DNA of 64,000 nucleotides from Vezdaea acicularis. Taxonomy: Eukaryota. The translations under genes and the position numbers were made by a program. The stretch's first letter is position 1; each line of letters opens with the position of its first letter. The DNA lies in NCBI GenBank assembly GCA_026025075.1, contig JAPEUI010000022.1:1-64000 (forward strand), read 5' to 3'. Below, in pieces: positions 24,928-37,310 of this stretch. The notes under the pieces are model-generated. The model did not search any database. It was given only the letters and a program-made list of their open reading frames with translations, and had not been told where the DNA came from.

Positions 24928-25079
24928 CCTCGATTCTATGTAGCGGAGACGAGTAAGGGATGGCCGTTGTTTGAACTAAGGTCGCGATTTGAAGAAGCGA
25001 GAAATTTTCAAGACAAGTTTGTGTCACTGAAACTCACAAGTCTTCAATATTGCCCAATTGCTGCACATCATAGAGAAGC

Positions 25080-26407
25080 ATGCCGAATTCTGGGCATCTT
25101 GCGAAGACTTTGAGTCAATGTTCGAGACCAAGCACGTACTACGGCGCAGGCATTACGGCGCGCCCCCTGAAACGTCTATTTACAACAACGTCAAGACAGC
25201 ACAATGAAGTCACAACTGGGCCTGACCCGCTAGATGAATACAACCCAGCAACTGTAACCTCGAGAAAAGGCGAAGCAATCCTAATGAAGACAGCAACAAA
25301 GCCAATAGGGTCTCGACGGCGACGAGCGGCCTTAGCATCGTCTCAGAATATCCCTTTCGAGCAGCTTCCATATCAATGCTTCCAGGAAGCGCGCAAAGTC
25401 CTTCTAGACGACCGAGAGGAGAAGATACGTCAAATCGAGGTTATGAGACAGCGCATTGCAAGGCTTCGTGAGCAGGATGCAACAATTGTTGGCGGAGACC
25501 TTGCGAAGCAGAAACGTCTTCGCAGCATGCATAATCATCTGGAGGAGCTCAAAATTTTTGCTGATATAAACGACCCTTTAATCAAAAAGAGATTCGAAGA
25601 CGGAGACGGTGAGCCCCTTTCTTTACTTATCACAATCTGTCTGATCATTGACCAGGTGATATGAACCGCCCCATATATCGACATCTCGCAAACAAAAAGT
25701 GGCGCGAGTACCAACGTCCCTTAATGGAGCAAAGAATTATGCAAATGTCCGTTGTCCCAGATGTTTTGCAGTCTCTGGATCTAAAAGCCGACGTTCGGCT
25801 GGGCTTCCAACGCAAATCAATACAACCTGGAGATTTCGTCGGCTCACGCATAAGTCAGTTCACACCACGACTGCGGGTTCAAGTCTTTGATAAAGGAAAG
25901 AGACTGGTGACTGTTGTCGTCATTGACTCAGATGTGCCGGATCTCAACAAAGACTCTTTTGGCTATCGATGCCATTTGCTTGCAGCAAATATTCCAATAT
26001 CGCCTACAACAACAGTCATCCCGCTCTCACGCCTTAGCGCCGATTCACAATTGATATTCCCATGGCTCCCTCCCGTTGTGCAAAAAGGATCACCATATCA
26101 CCGATTATCAACTTTTGTATTACAGCAACCAGAAGGCTCGCATATTGACATCTCCAAGCTACGTGACCGTTATGCCAGAGAAGGATTTAAGCTACGCAGT
26201 CTACTGGATGTAGCGTCCCTAAAGCCCATTGGCGCTCATCTCTTCCGAAGTGTATGGGATGAAGGTACGGCAGAAATAATGCGCAAATTTGGCATAGAAG
26301 GAGCAGATGTCGAGTTTCGTCGAAAGCGGGTTGAATCACTAGTCAAGAAGCAATTGCCGCTGAAGAAGAAAGAGAATAGACCAGGGCTACCTTCGAAGAG
26401 ACTGTAA
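25080..26407 (+). CDS. MRPL35: Mitochondrial ribosomal protein mL38 (MrpL35, PEBP-like domain), 2 exons
   Basis: IPFEQLPYQCFQEARK, ADINDPLIKKRFEDG/GDMNRPIYRHLA, VVPDVL, DSDVPD, QKGSPYHRL, AHLFRSVWDEGT motifs; intron from 25609. Confidence 0.92.
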
Positions 26408-27456
26408 GGTATGACTTCAATAGATGGCTTAGGGACATGGAAATAGCCCATTAAAGATCTCGATCTTCACCGCTTGAAAAGTGTTCTTCAACTCGTTCGG
26501 GGAAATCTCGACAAGAGTCGCTGTCCCATTGGATTGAACCATCTGTAGCCTCAGTGTCTCCAGCATTCAATCCTGTTGGCGCTGCTCACGAGGCATTTTA
26601 AACAGACGCCGTATGCAAGAAACGTTCAGGGTTGGTCAAAGTTTAGCTCCTGGACTCATACGTACAGCCTCTTGTTTCACGCGTCCTTAATATTGGGATA
26701 GGACCTTATGACTGTCGCGTTGATGCGCGTTGTATTATTGTAAAATCTAATGAGAATTTCCAGAATAAATGTCCTCGATAGTTCCGCCATGCTCGAGAAC
26801 ATCGACTGTTTTCCCAACTGGATGAAAACAGAATACTGATGCACTAAAGCTCTTTTTTTTTCCATTTTGTGACGTCCTACACGGCGTTGCAAAGGTACTG
26901 GGGACCTGATCCTTTGATTCTCTTCCGGAACTGAGAACTTATCTGATAGGTCAACTCAACCGCTTGAACACCGCTACACCAATGTGAGTTGCCACTAACA
27001 ATGCTATCTACTGATAGTCACGTAATGTAGGCTTGGTGCGCAGGCTTCCTGCGCAGTAAAAACCCACTTCCTCGAACATTTAATGGTAAGACCCTTGGCA
27101 ATTTTTGGGACCCAATGGCCTTTTGATGGTTAATTCTCGAATTCAAATTGAACCGAATAGGGAGAATCGAGATACTGGACACAAGGTATGAGTCGGTTTA
27201 ATGCGCGCATACGGTGGTACAAAATCGTAAAGATTGTCAGCACGGGCAGGGTGGCAACCTCTGCGCCAAAAAATAGTGTGGAGGTGTTTTGTTGGTGCGG
27301 GGGCTGCCCGAGATGACAATCTTTTAAGGCATGTAGTTACTCGAATACCTCCCCCAAGATTCAGTCTTTCCCGTGTCCTAACGCCGCAACTCGCTTAGTT
27401 ACTGGACTTATCCCATATCGAAAAAGATCTACCACACCTTACCCCACAATTGCCTC

Positions 27457-28743
27457 GCACGCGGTTGACAGAATAGATGGCACTCCAAAATAAGCGAGTT
27501 GCCAACTCCGGCAAAATCCTTTCGCTGAGTTACTCCTTCGTATGAGCAAATCACTAACAATCATGAGTATTAGACAGTATACACCGGTCGCAGAGCATCG
27601 CGAGGGGCGTAAGCCATATCCAACACCTACAAAAGCCCATGTACAGGGTGCAGTCAGCTTTCTTGATTCCAAAGAGATCCCATATCTTAAAACCGACATT
27701 TTTCGACATTTTAGAATAAGTACACGAGCAGGATGGAGGACTTTAGAGAAGGGCAATTCTCCACGAAAACATAACAATAATCCATACAAAAGAGAGACTC
27801 GAGGCAGAAAGCAAACAGTGACTTCTGAACAGATCCAAGAGATGGAACAGATCTTGGAGAATGAAGGTCTTGAAGGCCGAGGATTGACCTGGCAACAACT
27901 TGGATTTGAGGCAGGATGTGAGGTATCAGGAAGGACAATTCAAAGAGTCATGGGTACAAAAAACTATCGCAAGTGTATTGCATGTCAGCGCAGTTGGGTC
28001 AGCCCCAAAACAGCTGTTAGACGTGTGGAATAGGCCAAGTACATGCTTCAGCAGTATCCAGAGCCGGAAGACTGGTATCGAGTCCGATTTAGTGACGAAG
28101 TACACTTTGGATATGGACCTCAGCACAAATTACGCATTATACGCAAACCAGGTCAACGATATTGTCCGGATTGCGTCCAGCATGAAGCCACTCCAACACC
28201 AAAAAATGAAAAACGGTTTCATTGTTGGGCAGCTATTGGTTTTAATTTCAAATCAGACATACACTTCTACAATGTCACTACCAACCAAAATGGTAAGATG
28301 TCACAGCAGGTTTATGTTGATCAGATACTTGATCCGGTTGTCAAACCATGGCTTGATGCCACGCAAGATTTTGTCTTAGAAGAGGATGGTGATAGTGGAC
28401 ATGAGCCTGGAAGGGGTAACAACATGGTCAAAAGATGGAAACAACAGCATGGCTTGAAGCATTATTTTAATTGTGCTTCAAGCCCTGATTTATCTCCTAT
28501 TGAGAATTGCTGGCAGCCGGTTAAACAACATCTACAGAAGTACCCTCACTGGGATGACACAACAACCAAGCAGCTGATTATTGAGGGCTGGAGTAATGTT
28601 TCACAATCATTTATCAATGAGCGAGTCAGTACTATGCCTACTAGGTTACGAGATGTGATTGAATCGGGGGGCAAAATGTGCGCATACTAGTCAAAAATCA
28701 AATCGCTTATTTTGGAGTGCCAACTATTCTGTCAACCGCGTGC
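27457..28743 (+). mobile_element. Full-length Tc1/mariner (IS630-Tc1-mariner) DNA transposon, 1287 bp
   Basis: 45-bp TIRs 27457-27501 and 28699-28743 (GCACGCGGTTGACAGAATAG[A/T]TGGCACTCCAAAATAAGCGA[G/T]TTG, 2 mismatches); CTC immediately outside both ends; internal transposase. Confidence 0.95.
27563..28690 (+). pseudogene. Tc1-like DDE transposase interrupted by one in-frame TAG (28031-28033)
   Basis: ORFs 27542-28033 and 28043-28690 share a frame; RGRK linker, HTH (LTWQQLGFEAGCEVSGRTIQRVM), W.RVRFSDE, LEEDGDSGH, SPDLSPIENCW, SMP.RL-like TMPTRL. Confidence 0.9.
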
Positions 28744-29155
28744 CTCGGTAAACCCCCCGCGTTCTTCGGCCCTTTTCTAAAACCCTGGCAGTATGACCGC
28801 CTCTACGTCATTTTCTTCAAAATATGGCCGATTCAACATATTAGGCTCACTTTGTGTTCGGCTTAATACTGAACGAGCATGAGTAATTGAGCTCCGGCTA
28901 GAGGCCGCCATTGCATCATGGCTCAAGTTGCGCTCAACCTCACGCTGAAACATTAGGATCCGATATGCCGCTATCAAACTTAGTTCCTCCAGAGCCAAGA
29001 CTTTACCTCGAATCGAATGGTCAAAGCAGACCACAATGCCCTCCACGGCATAAATCTTCGTGCCCTAAGTCTGGTTGTAATTGATTTACAGCTCTTGCTC
29101 TTTTCTTGACTCTTTACGGTTATAGAGTTGATCTCCCTTGGACAGAGGAACTGCA

Positions 29156-31001
29156 ATGGCACCCTACTTTGGTCTCACGGGAGGATGGTTGACCTTCTGG
29201 ATCAGTGTTGCTTGCTCTACAGATATGACTCTGTTCGGCTACGATCAGGGTGTTTTTGGTATATACTACCTTCCTACACAAAGTGCGATTAGAACCCTAC
29301 TCATTCTACCCAGGTGGTGTTATTGTCACAGACGACTTCTTGCAAACACTGGGTCTGACCAATAATGCATCCCTCATTGGTACGGTCACTGCGCTTTACG
29401 ATGTTGGATGCTTCTTCGGAGCTGTTGCTGCTTTCACCCTTGGAGAGCGTCTTGGGCGCAAGAAGACTATCATCCTGGGGACCACCGTCATGGCGGTTGG
29501 AGCTATTCTACAGATTTCAGCCTATAGCGTAGCACAGATGATTACAGGGCGAATCATCGCTGGGCTAGGCAACGGCCTGAACACATCCACCGCTCCAGTC
29601 TGGCAGTCAGAGACTTCACAGGCAAGCTGGAGAGGAAAACTCGTAATCATTGAAATGATTATGAATATTGCAGGCTTCTCTTTATCTAATTGGATGACGT
29701 ACGGTTTCTCCTTTACGAGTGGCCCTATTAGTTGGAGGTTCCCGCTAGCGTTCCAGCTTGTCTTTATGATTATTTTATTCGCAACTGTTCCGTGGCTTCC
29801 GGAGTCTCCTAGGTGATTATTGAGGACTTTTTGCTGACTACTATGATGCACCCTGCTAACCGCTTTCAAGGTGGCTAATTGCGCATGGTCACGACGATAA
29901 GGCGGTCCAGATACTGGCTGATCTGGAAGCTACAACAATTGATGACCCGCATGTTGTTACTGAGTTCAAAGAGATACTGTACGCCGTAGAGTATGAGCGA
30001 GAGAATGGTGTTGGATGGTTGGACATCTTGCGCGGTCGGACTGGTAAGCAAGGCGGCACTGGTGTCGTTCGGCGCTTGATCCTGGGTGCCGGTACACAAG
30101 CTATGCAACAACTTTCGGGCATCAATGTCACGAGCTACTATCTTCCCACCGTTTTGATTCAATCCGTCGGACTATCAAATAAGCTCGCAAGGCTACTCGC
30201 TGCTTGCAACTCAGTTAGTTATTTCCTGTTTAGTCTCATCTCAATTCCGAATATCGAAAGATGGGGTAGACGCCGGCTTATGATGTATGCGGCTGCTGGC
30301 CAATGCTTCTGCTATTTGATCATTACGGTCTGTATCCGCTATAGCGAACTCGCAGGCTATAAGTCGCAGAAGCAAGTCGCTTCTGCATCTGTAGCATTTT
30401 TCTTTCTGTATTATGTCTTTTTCGGAATTGGGTGGCAAGGCGTGCCTTGGCTCTACCCAACAGAGATCAACTCCCTCAGCATGCGAACTAAGGGGGCAGC
30501 GATCGGTACAGCCACTAATTGGGCCTTCAATTACATGGGTAGGTCATGGACACTACCTCTTAGACTCTTGCTAAATAATTTGACATAGTTGTGGAGGTTA
30601 CTCCGCTTGGGATTCAGAATTTGCAATGGAAGTTCTATGTTAGTCGATTCCGCCTTCAAAATAGAATACTCAAGCTTACTCAAGTTTCTATGCAGATAAT
30701 CTGGACACTTCTCAACGCTTCTTTCGTTCCTATTATCTACCTATTTTATCCCGAGACATCTGACCGCACCCTCGAAGACATGGACCGACTTTTCCGAGAA
30801 AATCATAGTATCTTTGTCTTCAGAGATAAGGACGCAATCTCCCCTCACCGTCCTGCCAATTATATAGAGTACGAGCAAACACAGGTCAGGCGGAATAGCT
30901 CCGTTGCTGTCACACCAGCCCAGCGCCAGCGCCTTGCAAGCAGACTTGCTGATAAGAGTTCCGAGAAAGATGCTGACATACAGCACGAAGAAACTGTTTG
31001 A
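29156..31001 (+). CDS. MFS sugar porter, STL1-like subfamily, 5 exons
   Basis: LFGYDQGVFGG, GERLGRK, GRIIAGLGNG, WRFPLAFQ, LPESPRWL, QQLSGINV, GVPWLYPTEIN, PETS.RTLEDMD motifs; four GT-AG introns. Confidence 0.93.
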
Positions 31002-31707
31002 AATCAGCATTTGTGTGATGATGCTTACTCAGCTATACTTCTTGCTCGGAGCGGCTTCTCGAACTGACGACTTCATACCTCGTAAGTTGATTAGTCTTGC
31101 AAGTAACGTATAAATGAACTCGAGAGAGTGGAACTCTATACCGTTATTTGGACTTGAACAGGGGTATTGACGAGAATCTCATCATGATTCTGGGTCTTGT
31201 TTTTATGATAAATTTCAAGTTCCATATATGAAACGTCAGAATGTAGCTAAATTTCAATTTCAAACATTCCTCAAGATTAACAATATCCTCTAAACAAGTA
31301 ACTAAGTGGTGTGGGCAAAGAATTCACGGGTCCTATAGAGATCATTAAGTTTCCAGAACCACGGCATAGAGTTTACTTTACTTGCTCTTCACAGAATTGA
31401 CTCCATCGCGACATAGTCTATAAGGGCCTTCAATGGGAATAAACTTGCTTGTGATGCTGGACTTAATTGGATTGAGCTCTAGCAAACACAACATGTTCAT
31501 CACGAGGGGCCTAAATAGCGCCTGAAAAAAAAGAGCCGCATAAGGTCAGACTGGGCGACGCTGCGGCAGAGGATTGAAGCTACAGATGTACCCGATTGTT
31601 TTTCTAATGCTTTGCTCTGAGTCCATAGAGCATGCTCTACTCAATACGGACAAGAGACCTCACAGCACCAAATTTCGCAACAAATAGTTGATTTGTTCTT
31701 CCTCAGT

Positions 31708-32782
31708 TCAACTCAACTCTGGCGTATTTCCAAATAGTTTGCCGCTCATGGCCTCCGGATATCTTCCACCTGACACCTCTGCTGCTTCGATCTTTTTACG
31801 AATCTGCTCGACATCCTCCGGCGTTAACTTCACATCCAAAGATCCAAGGTTCTCTTCCAAGTACTTGATCTTCTTGGTTCCTGGAATAGGAAAAATGTCA
31901 TCGCCTTGTGCTAGTAACCAGGCTAGTGTGAGTTGCCCAGTCGTGCATCCCTTTTTCTTCGCAATAGCGGATAGCTCATCGACGAGTTTCAAATTCTTGG
32001 GGAAATTCTCGGCGCTGAACCTAGGGGCCATCCTACGGAAATCACCTTCTTCAAAGTCATCAGGAGATTTGTATTGACCCGTAAGCATGCCGCGACCCAG
32101 TGGGGAGTAGCTGACAACGGCGACGCCAAGCTCACGACAGGTCCTCAAAAGCTGGATGTCTGGAGACTCAATATCAAGCGCGAACGGTGAGTACTCAATC
32201 TGCACAGCAGTAATAGGATGAACTGCATGAGCGCGGCGTAGGGTGTTAGAGGAGACTTCTGAGAGGCCAAGATATTCAATCTTTCCCTCTCTATTACTAG
32301 TTAGATGAGATGTTCTCAAAGACCTTTCGAGGCTTCTAAACTCACTTTTTGAGCTCCGCCATAGATTCAACCGTTTTCTCAATTGGTGTTTTCCCGTCGA
32401 CTCGGTGACAATAGTAGAGATCAATCTTTTTGACACCTAGCCTTTTCAAACTCTTGTCGCATGCTACCTTCACGTACTCTGGATCGGAACTCGTTGTCAC
32501 ATTAACCCCGTCGAATTTGTTCGCGAATTTTGTTGCAAGAAATATCTCGTCGCGCTTTCCCGTCCGCTCGAACCATTTTTTGAGAAGGTCTTCACTATCC
32601 CCGTAGATATCAGCTGTGTCCCAGAAACGCTCGCCGAGCTCGTAAGCTTTATCAAGTACAGCAAATCGGTTCTCATCGGGTTCAGCCGTGCCATAGAAGG
32701 AAGAGAGGCCCATTAGTCCAAAGCCAATTGCCTGCACTTTCGGGCCATTGTGGCCAAGTTGCCGGGTAGGAATGGGAGCCAT
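31708..32782 (-). CDS. Aldo-keto reductase (YakC-like), 2 exons
   Basis: [69 protein letters not shown] motifs. Confidence 0.95.
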
Positions 32783-33198
32783 TATTGACTGAAAAGGGTG
32801 GCTGCAGTCAGATCAAGGAAATCAGGTGGATGTCAACGAAGTTTATGCTAATCGCAATAGGGAGCCCATTAAGGCCCAGCCCCATATTTATGCTCCGAGC
32901 CTTTCATGACGAATGCTCGGCGACTCCGGAGATAATGGAGTTTGCGTCATAGCCCGGGAATTGGCTAATGCTAATACTAAAAGCCACGGGCGGACTTAAG
33001 TTTAAGGAGCTGTTAAAGATTGGTAATTATGAATGGTTTCCCGAGATTGGGAGTGTGTGCAGGACGCCAGCAGTCTTAGATGATACCTAGGGTATCTCGC
33101 GTGGTGAAATGGGTTCGAATTAGAGTTACAGTGGGGAGGTCAGAAGTCTGGATACACTCTGGCCTCGCTTCCCGCTTACGCGCCGATTCAGACTTTTT

Positions 33199-33219
33199 CC
33201 CCCCCCCCCCCCCCCCCCC
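33199..33219. repeat. C21 homopolymer (G21 on the minus strand)
   Basis: 21 consecutive C. Confidence 0.95.
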
Positions 33220-33599
33220 ACTGCATGACTTTCGGTCGCGCAGGTCGCGGAGGTCGCTCAACCAGAATATCTTGGTTTGCTTACAGCTCTATCATATTCC
33301 ATATCCATCATACGGCGGTATGAGTGCCTGTAAAGGAACCAAGTTCTCAAGCGCGCTTTTCTTCGTTGTCTGCTTCATATCACGGAGCTTCTTTCAGGGT
33401 CTCGAAGCTACTGTAGCTTGCTACTCCATCTTCGCCGCGATTTGAGTATCAAGAGCTGGGACAGGATTTTGTACTGTACAAGCTCAACCAAAATGTAGGG
33501 CAACCTACCGCCGGTTTACTGCTGCCACAGGCCCGACCTCCCAAGGACCCACGCCACGAAAAAAAGATGCCGTAGTCCAGAACGCCACGCTAAGCATCC

Positions 33600-35005
33600 T
33601 TATGAAATCATTTCTGGTGACTCCCCCAAGCCTTCTTGCAAAGAAGCTTCGTTCCAATGTTCTACCCATCCCGTGATCAAGTCCTTCGCCCTTTCACTCA
33701 ACCCATAGAACTCTGGATTCTCCTTAGGCATGAACATACTCATGTGTGCCCAAGTCTCATCACTTGCTTTGGAGTTTAGCGCGGGGAACCATCGCTTACC
33801 AAGGCCCTCACCCTTGCCCACCCCCTTGGGCAGCGAGCAAAAGGTTCTCTCCTTACTCACATAACCTGCTACACCGACCTTTCTGTCCCCGCTGAGAAGA
33901 GTATAGAGATTAGCAAATCCAAATTCCCGTTGGCTTTCCAGCTTCGCTATCCCTTGCAAACGTTGCTTTAGCTCCTCGCCTTTCATTAAGCACCCTACGA
34001 ACTCAAGGTGCGAACCAACCCAGCCCCACCCCGACGTGATACTATCCCGCTTCATATACGCTGCAGCCCCTCCAGCGGCAACAGCTCCTGCAGCGCCAGC
34101 AAACATCGCGATTTTGCCCCACCGCTGCCAAGCTGGTGCAGCAGCAGCGTCAACTTCGGTCTTTAAATCTGCTGCACTCTCGCCCTTCCCATCTCTTTCT
34201 ATGGCGGGGGCGCCATTGGGCGCTTCTGGTAGGGGAACCCTGTACTCCGGCTTTCTCCTTCCTACAGTTGCGATTGTATCATTCTTATCCATGCTTTCAG
34301 CGGCCTTGCTTCCCCCCCATAAGGCGCCGGTCAAGCCAGATAGCTGAGTTATTGCAGTAGAGGCGGTGTTGTAGTGTCCCTCGGCGCCGTGGGCGACGAC
34401 ACCGGGCGAGATGCCGAGGTAGGGCGTGTCAAAAGCTAGGAGGCCGGCTATATAGGGAAACATGAATGGTGTCGGGCTTGAACTCGAGAGGGAAGAAGTG
34501 GAGGATTGGAGGGGCTTTTCGGAGCTGAGAGCCAGGATCATTTCGGCAGCTACGATGCCGCTATGTGCAAGATGGTATCAGCGCTGCACATCTAGGGTAA
34601 TAGATGTAATGGGACAAATATGCAAGACCTGTATCATGGGTTTTGAGATCTTACCCCATAGAATGCCCAACGAGTATTGTCCGCACCGAGGGGTCAACGG
34701 TGGGAGAGGGCGTCTGGGCAGCGACCTCAAGGTCGATGACTTTATCTTGAAGCCAATCTCGAAACCGACTGACGCATTCATTCAAGTCCCCTCTGGTTTC
34801 AAATGTAGGATATATCTCAACAGCAATGTTGAGATTTGGAAGGGCATGACTGACCAGCGCGCGGAGGTGAGCAGGGAAGGTCGCAAAGGTATTTTCATCG
34901 CCCTATAAATGGGTCAGAGCGCTCAATTGAAGAGAAGAGACGGGCCGTGGAGTACGCTACCTTAAAGCCATGCAGAAAGCAAAGGAGCAGTGTTTTCTTC
35001 TTCAT
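33600..35005 (-). CDS. DUF676-like alpha/beta hydrolase (putative lipase/esterase), 3 exons
   Basis: Spliced: MKKKTLLLCFLHGFK/GDENTFATFPAHL..YPTFETRGDL..ILVGHSMG/GIVAAE..GLLAFDTPYLG..HLEFVGCL..DETWAHMSMF; GHSMG nucleophile elbow. Confidence 0.85.
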
Positions 35006-35175
35006 GGCGAGGGAGGGGCTACATATCTAGATTATGACACCATAGGAAGGAAATCTTGGTGGGGTTGCGCGAAACGAAATTTACTCCGCGTCAAAACAGA
35101 AGCCATCTCTATCTGCTCTTGGACCGTTGGGTGCCTAAGTCAGCCGTCCAATCTTGACATCCAAACGTCATCAAT

Positions 35176-35896
35176 ATGTTAATGCCAAACCTTGTTCTTC
35201 CTGGAGAGTCTCTCGGTTCTACTTCAGAATACCTACCAGGTGCTGGGACACATATTCTAGACAACCAGCTAGTCGCTTCCCTCGCTGGACGAGTGGTAGT
35301 AAAGTCCAAGCAGTCGTCGCTAGCAGCCATCTCCGTCGTCCGGAGCGCGGAAAACGATGGAGGTGGCATGTCAGATGTAGATGGCGCTGGGCTGCCTGAG
35401 GTTGACTCAATTATTCTGGCTCGAGTGACAAGAATTCAGACCAAACAAGCAACAGTTGGAATCCTGGTTGTGGATGGAAGGGTTGTTGGCGAAGAATGGG
35501 CAGGAGTTATCAGGTAATAGATAGGCCTCGTTCTAATGAATCTAAAGATTATATCCAAAATCTCAAGTACTCACTTCATCGCCCTCACAGGTCTCAAGAT
35601 GTCAGGGCCACGGAAAAAGACAGGGTTAAAATATTCGAGAGCTTTCGGCCTGGTGATGTCGTAAGGGCTGTCGTTGTGAGCAAGACGTTAGACACCCTTT
35701 CGAGCATGTTACTAAGTCTACATAGATCTCTCTTGGCGATCAATCGAACTATTACCTTAGTACCGCTAAGAACGAGTTTGGGGTTGTGATGGCGACAAGT
35801 GAAGCCGGCAATACAATGTACCCTGTTAGCTGGAAAGAGTTTGCGGATCCTGTGTCTGGTCAAAAGGAGTTGAGAAAGGTGGCAAAGCCTTTCTAG
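35176..35896 (+). CDS. CSL4: Exosome complex cap subunit Csl4, 3 exons
   Basis: [92 protein letters not shown]. Confidence 0.95.
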
Positions 35897-37310
35897 TCAG
35901 TATTTGAGTACTTCTGAGACCAGAAAGACATGGCATCGGAACATAAACAGCTCTAGGCTTGGAGATTATGCATTTTGCGCTGACTTTCCCCACCTCGGGC
36001 TCCTCAAGGAATCACGGCGTCTTAGCCACCCAACAATAAATTCCATCAACAATCAGGACTCTAAAAAAAACTACTGGCTGTGTGCTTCCAATGCGTATAT
36101 GGGATTATAACTCCCAAATATTTTCATACACCTCACAGCGGCGTCAAGCTCTACTCTGCTCGTATATACTCCACATCCGAAATGGAAACCGATAGACCAT
36201 AGCGTTACCTGAATCACGGCCGATCTCCTATGCCATATGCCCAGTGTATACGCATCACCCTCGATCCGATTCCCCGCTCGAATGATAGCTCTTTGCTAGG
36301 GCTTTGCCAGGCGAACTTCGGGCAGTCAAGGAGCTCCTTGGATCCGCTGGCTTCTTGGACAGCCCTCAAAAACCAATGCCAGCTTCACAGACTTGAAAAC
36401 GTCAGTCCTGCTAGTGGCATTATTGAAGAACTGGCATATTGTTCCACAAATCTCATCACCTGGTTAACGAGGCCTTGAGTTCATGTTTTGTTCGGGCCGC
36501 TGCTTGGTTGCTGGAACTTCGAGGTGTCAAACTTGTCGAGCTGCAATTTTGCAGCCTGGCAGTATCAAGAGTTCACGAAACGCCCACAACTCTGATGACT
36601 TTATCAGCCGCCAGTATTGTTGGGGGGATTCTGACTGCTTTCTTCGCAAAGTATTAGGCCGAAACCCTGGACCTGGTTGGCAGTGACTCATCGGTAAAGA
36701 GAAGCATAGCAATTCCGATAAGTCAAGTGAGCGCAGTTGCCGGAAAGACGAGGATATGTAACATCTGAAGAGGAGCTGATGGCATTGAGTTCGTAAAGCT
36801 CTGGCGATAGCTCCGGTCTGCTCTACCGGGAAAATTGAGAGCATGCGGTATAACTTTAATTAGCCAGAACCATATTCACTCACTCTCATATTAGCTGTCA
36901 CCGGATTTCTATGGCTAGACTTACCGAGACGTCCTTTCGGGGGATTCATCACACTTTCTATCCTTTATTCCGAGATTGTCCTGTTTGCGCTGCTGCGAAT
37001 CGATCAAGAGGTTCGCAAAAGTTTCGGCAACTCTTTATCCCTCGACCCAGGCTCCAACGAGGATCTGAAATCGAAAATTGATTCCCAAGAGAAAGACCAT
37101 CGTTATTCAGGTACAAGTACATGTACTTTACGCGAAGAGTTCAGTGCATTTGACCACAGGGATTGTGTTTGTCCCAAGGCTCCAGAGCAACTGTTCTGTA
37201 TAGGTCTGGGGTAACATCCTCTGCACAAAGACTTGTAGGGGCTCAATGTGTGACATTTGATCAACTAGGTTGACTTTACATGATGACCTAAACCACAAGG
37301 CCCACTTAGC

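Noticed and set aside
27037..27055. 8-bp stem hairpin TGCGCAGG-CTT-CCTGCGCA
   Set aside because: Short and isolated; plausible by chance
7419..32782. DAK + STL1-like porter + AKR as a glycerol utilisation cluster
   Set aside because: DAK is about 19 kb away behind unrelated housekeeping genes and the AKR is YakC-type rather than a recognisable glycerol dehydrogenase
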